The notes under the pieces are model-generated. The model was not told the DNA's origin. It ran no database searches and worked only from the letters and a program-made list of their open reading frames with translations. A stretch of 64,000 bases of DNA. It comes from the human T2T-CHM13v2.0 reference genome, Homo sapiens. This document shows, in pieces, positions 61,131 through 64,000 of the stretch. The stretch's first letter is position 1. Each line of letters starts with the position of its first letter. The DNA lies in the NCBI RefSeq assembly GCF_009914755.1, contig NC_060926.1; one strand, given 5' to 3'. The translations under genes were made by a program, and so were the position numbers.

Positions 61131-64000
61131 TAGCTGAGCAGGCGAGGGCGGGGGGTGGGGCCAGGTGGGTGTGTAGGAGACAACATGTTGACTGTCCAGG
61201 GGAGCCTTAGAGCTGGAATCTGGCTCAGGGTTAGGGTCATTTCCCCCAGCCTCAGCTGTTTGTCCTCATCTTGTTTAAATGCCAGTCCCCGAGTCTTGGG
61301 TCAGCCTTGGAACTGTGTTAGTCTTCACACTCGGCTCATCCTGTCCCCGTGGCTCAGGGCCGGAGGGGTAGGAAGGGAAACTGGGGATGCTGTCATGACC
61401 CGTTGATGGGCTCCACTGTGGACTGTCAGACTCCTTGTCCCCTTCCATGTGCCCTGGAGCTGCCAGTGCTTTTGTCTGCTGCCTGGAAGCCAGAGACAAA
61501 CCTGAAGGCTAGCATGCTGAGATCCAACCTGAGGGAAGAGGCCAGGGCTCTGGGCAGCACTGTGGGCCAGTCTTGCCTCTGCCTTGCTTCTAAGCAGTTT
61601 CCTACCAGGCAACCTAGACATCTTCACAGGGAGAACATCAGTGACTCAGACCCCAAGTCACCAAACAGAGTCCTTCTGACCTTGCCCTCCCAGTCCACAG
61701 GGAGATCTTTAAATAGCAGAGCATCTGCCTCTGCAGAAGAAGTGCTGAGGAGGAGCAGCCAGGTTCCTCGGGTGCCTGCAAGCTCAGCCTCGCGCTGTGC
61801 TGGGCAGTGGGTATGGGTGGAAGACGAGGGCTCGGTCCCTATGTTCAAGCTGTTTGTGCTCTAGAGACATATGAAATAAAGTCATGGAGACTGGGGTCGT
61901 TGAGAGGCAGACTTGATGCTGTGGTTCAGAGGAGGAGGAATGCTCAAGCTAGGTTTCCCGAGGTGAGCGTGCCAGGGGCCATGAATACTGGCCCGTTACT
62001 AGTCAGGCTGAGGAGAGGGAGGAAGCATTCCCAGTGAGGAGAATCATGTGGGCAAAGGCAGAGAGGCTGGGTGGACAGACCCGTGGCTGACTGTGAGGGA
62101 GGCGGGTAAGATAACCCCTGTCAGCATATGTCCATCTGTGCATGTTGTAGGAAATTCTGACATATGCTACAACATGTGTAGGACGTATGTGCCTGTTTTT
62201 ACCTGGTATACACCCTGTGCCTTTGTGTCTTTGTGTTTGGTGAAAATAAAAGGTGTCTGAACTTGAACTACCAAGTTTACTATTTTTAGCAATTTTTAGT
62301 CAGCATTGCAGAATTATATACAACCAGAGAATCTGGAATCACTTAGTGTATTCATAAGTATGAAGAAGCAGGCTGCCCCCACCCTCTTGAGAGGTGGTCA
62401 TTGCAGTGAGAAGTCTGATGTGGCTTATCATGGTGGGGTGTTACCTCCCCAGAGAACCCATCAGAGAAAAGACGTCAGCCGTAGAGTGACAGCTGCCCCT
62501 TTCTCCTGCTAATTCATGCAGTCATTGAGGAATTCCAAAGTCTTGGACATAAAAATGAAGATCTTGGAGCATAGGTAGAGTTGGAGACTTTTCCAGCTTC
62601 AAGACAGTTGGCCCCTTAAAGAATAGCTGGTCCTGTGGGTGGCTTAAAGAAGATGCATTTCTAGACCCCGGTTACAGTGGTAAAGCGATAAGTCCTGGTC
62701 AGGGCTCGTGTGGCCCCACTGAGGGCTGGGAAGAGCACACTTGCCTGCAGACTGGGGCCAGTTCCTGGGGCTGGAAGAGGAAGGCAGGAGGATGGAGGGG
62801 CAGGAACTTTGTCCTCAGTATGCCATTGCTCTGGGGTCTGTGGACGGATGCCCAGAGCAGGACGCATGGGGCGCAGTGAACTGGAGGTTACATTCAAGGA
62901 GGGAACAACTCGTGGGTGTCACTGAGCCCTGGTGGGTGAACATAGAAGGTGCTGATAGTGTTTGCAGAGGGTGGGACTTCCCATGTCTTATGAGTGAAGA
63001 GAAAAGGAGAGGAAATACTTTTTTTTATGGGAGGAGCAAATGGGTGGTCAATCACAGAACTATTGTAGTGGCAAGAAAACGGCAGTGCTGAGGGCTTTAT
63101 TTTTTCTGGCCATCTCCTTTAGTGTGGTGGATTTCTGGGGTTTTCTTTTGGCTACACAGCTGCCAAATACCCTATGTTTTTTGGTAAGAGGGCTTGGTTT
63201 AAAGAGTTCCACCTCCTTTGGAAGTTGAAGAGGAGTTGGGTGCTCCTTCTCCCTGCCCTGCAGGGAAAGTGACCCACAGATGCTTAGAAGGACGGATTAT
63301 TCTTGGTGGCAGTGTAGCGTCAGGAGCCCGGAGCCGGTTCTGTGGCCACGGGTGAGTGCAGGCATCCAGTGTCTCCTGTGCATGTCCCCACCCTGCCTGG
63401 TACAGTGTCCAGAGCCTGGCTTTTGTTTTCCAACCAGGATTTGTGCCTGTGTTTCAGCCTCTCCCTAGCCCCCAGCCATACCTTCAGCTTAAAGCAGTGT
63501 GCCTCACATGTTCTGCACTTGACTGGCCAGGATTTGGGGACACAGTCAAGGTACATCATGGGTGCCCAGCAAATGTGTGTTGAGAGGATGACCTAGGAAG
63601 CAGTGGGTCAGCCCAGAGAGCCCTCTGATCATCTGTGATTTTAAGGTGGCCTGTACAAAATACGGAAGATTCCAGGCGTGCCCTGGTTGCACTCTGAAGG
63701 CTCAGAACAACAGAGGCATGCCAAAGGCAACACCTGGCAGCAAGATGGGCTCTGGGAAAGAACTCCAGAGATGCTGCCCATACTGGTGTGTAAAGGTCAC
63801 AGAGATCAGAAGGCAGGTACTTGTAGGCTCATTAGGGACACAGTAAAACAGACTTAGGAAGCCGCAGGTGTTAGAACCAAGTACCGTGGTGGGAGCTGTG
63901 GGAAGACAGGGTTGGGGTTCTGCTGGGGGTTATGTTACTCTTGGTCTGGTGCTCAGGGAATTCTGCCTAGAAGCTGGATGAGCTGTTGAGGATCCTGTGG

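Overview
Human (hominid) genomic DNA lying entirely inside the TET3 gene (methylcytosine dioxygenase 3, chr2p13), + strand. The window holds three coding exons: the 2,134-nt proline-rich exon (26729-28862, containing the ATG of the CXXC-less short isoform and the SIN3A-interaction helix) and two small exons (54000-54090, 60948-61041) that begin the Cys-rich part of the catalytic domain. All splice sites are GT-AG and the phases join into one frame. The rest is intron, dense in Alu, L1, L2, MIR, MaLR LTR and DNA-transposon relics, plus a 5'-truncated antisense SVA with a clean target-site duplication. There are no prokaryotic systems, CRISPR arrays or recognisable structural RNA genes. The most notable observations are: (i) the large exon is flanked by inverted Alus, and if back-spliced it would carry an almost full-circle 704-aa ORF with a unique DRLRAQPS tail; (ii) an overlapping out-of-frame uORF over the short-isoform ATG; (iii) a ~67-bp non-repeat motif duplicated 5 kb apart, one copy next to a (UG)24 tract (candidate TDP-43-repressed cryptic exon); (iv) a 33-bp duplication that doubles an RBFOX UGCAUG site just downstream of the last exon; (v) several rearrangement scars within repeats. 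Repeat boundaries and subfamilies were assigned by eye and are approximate.
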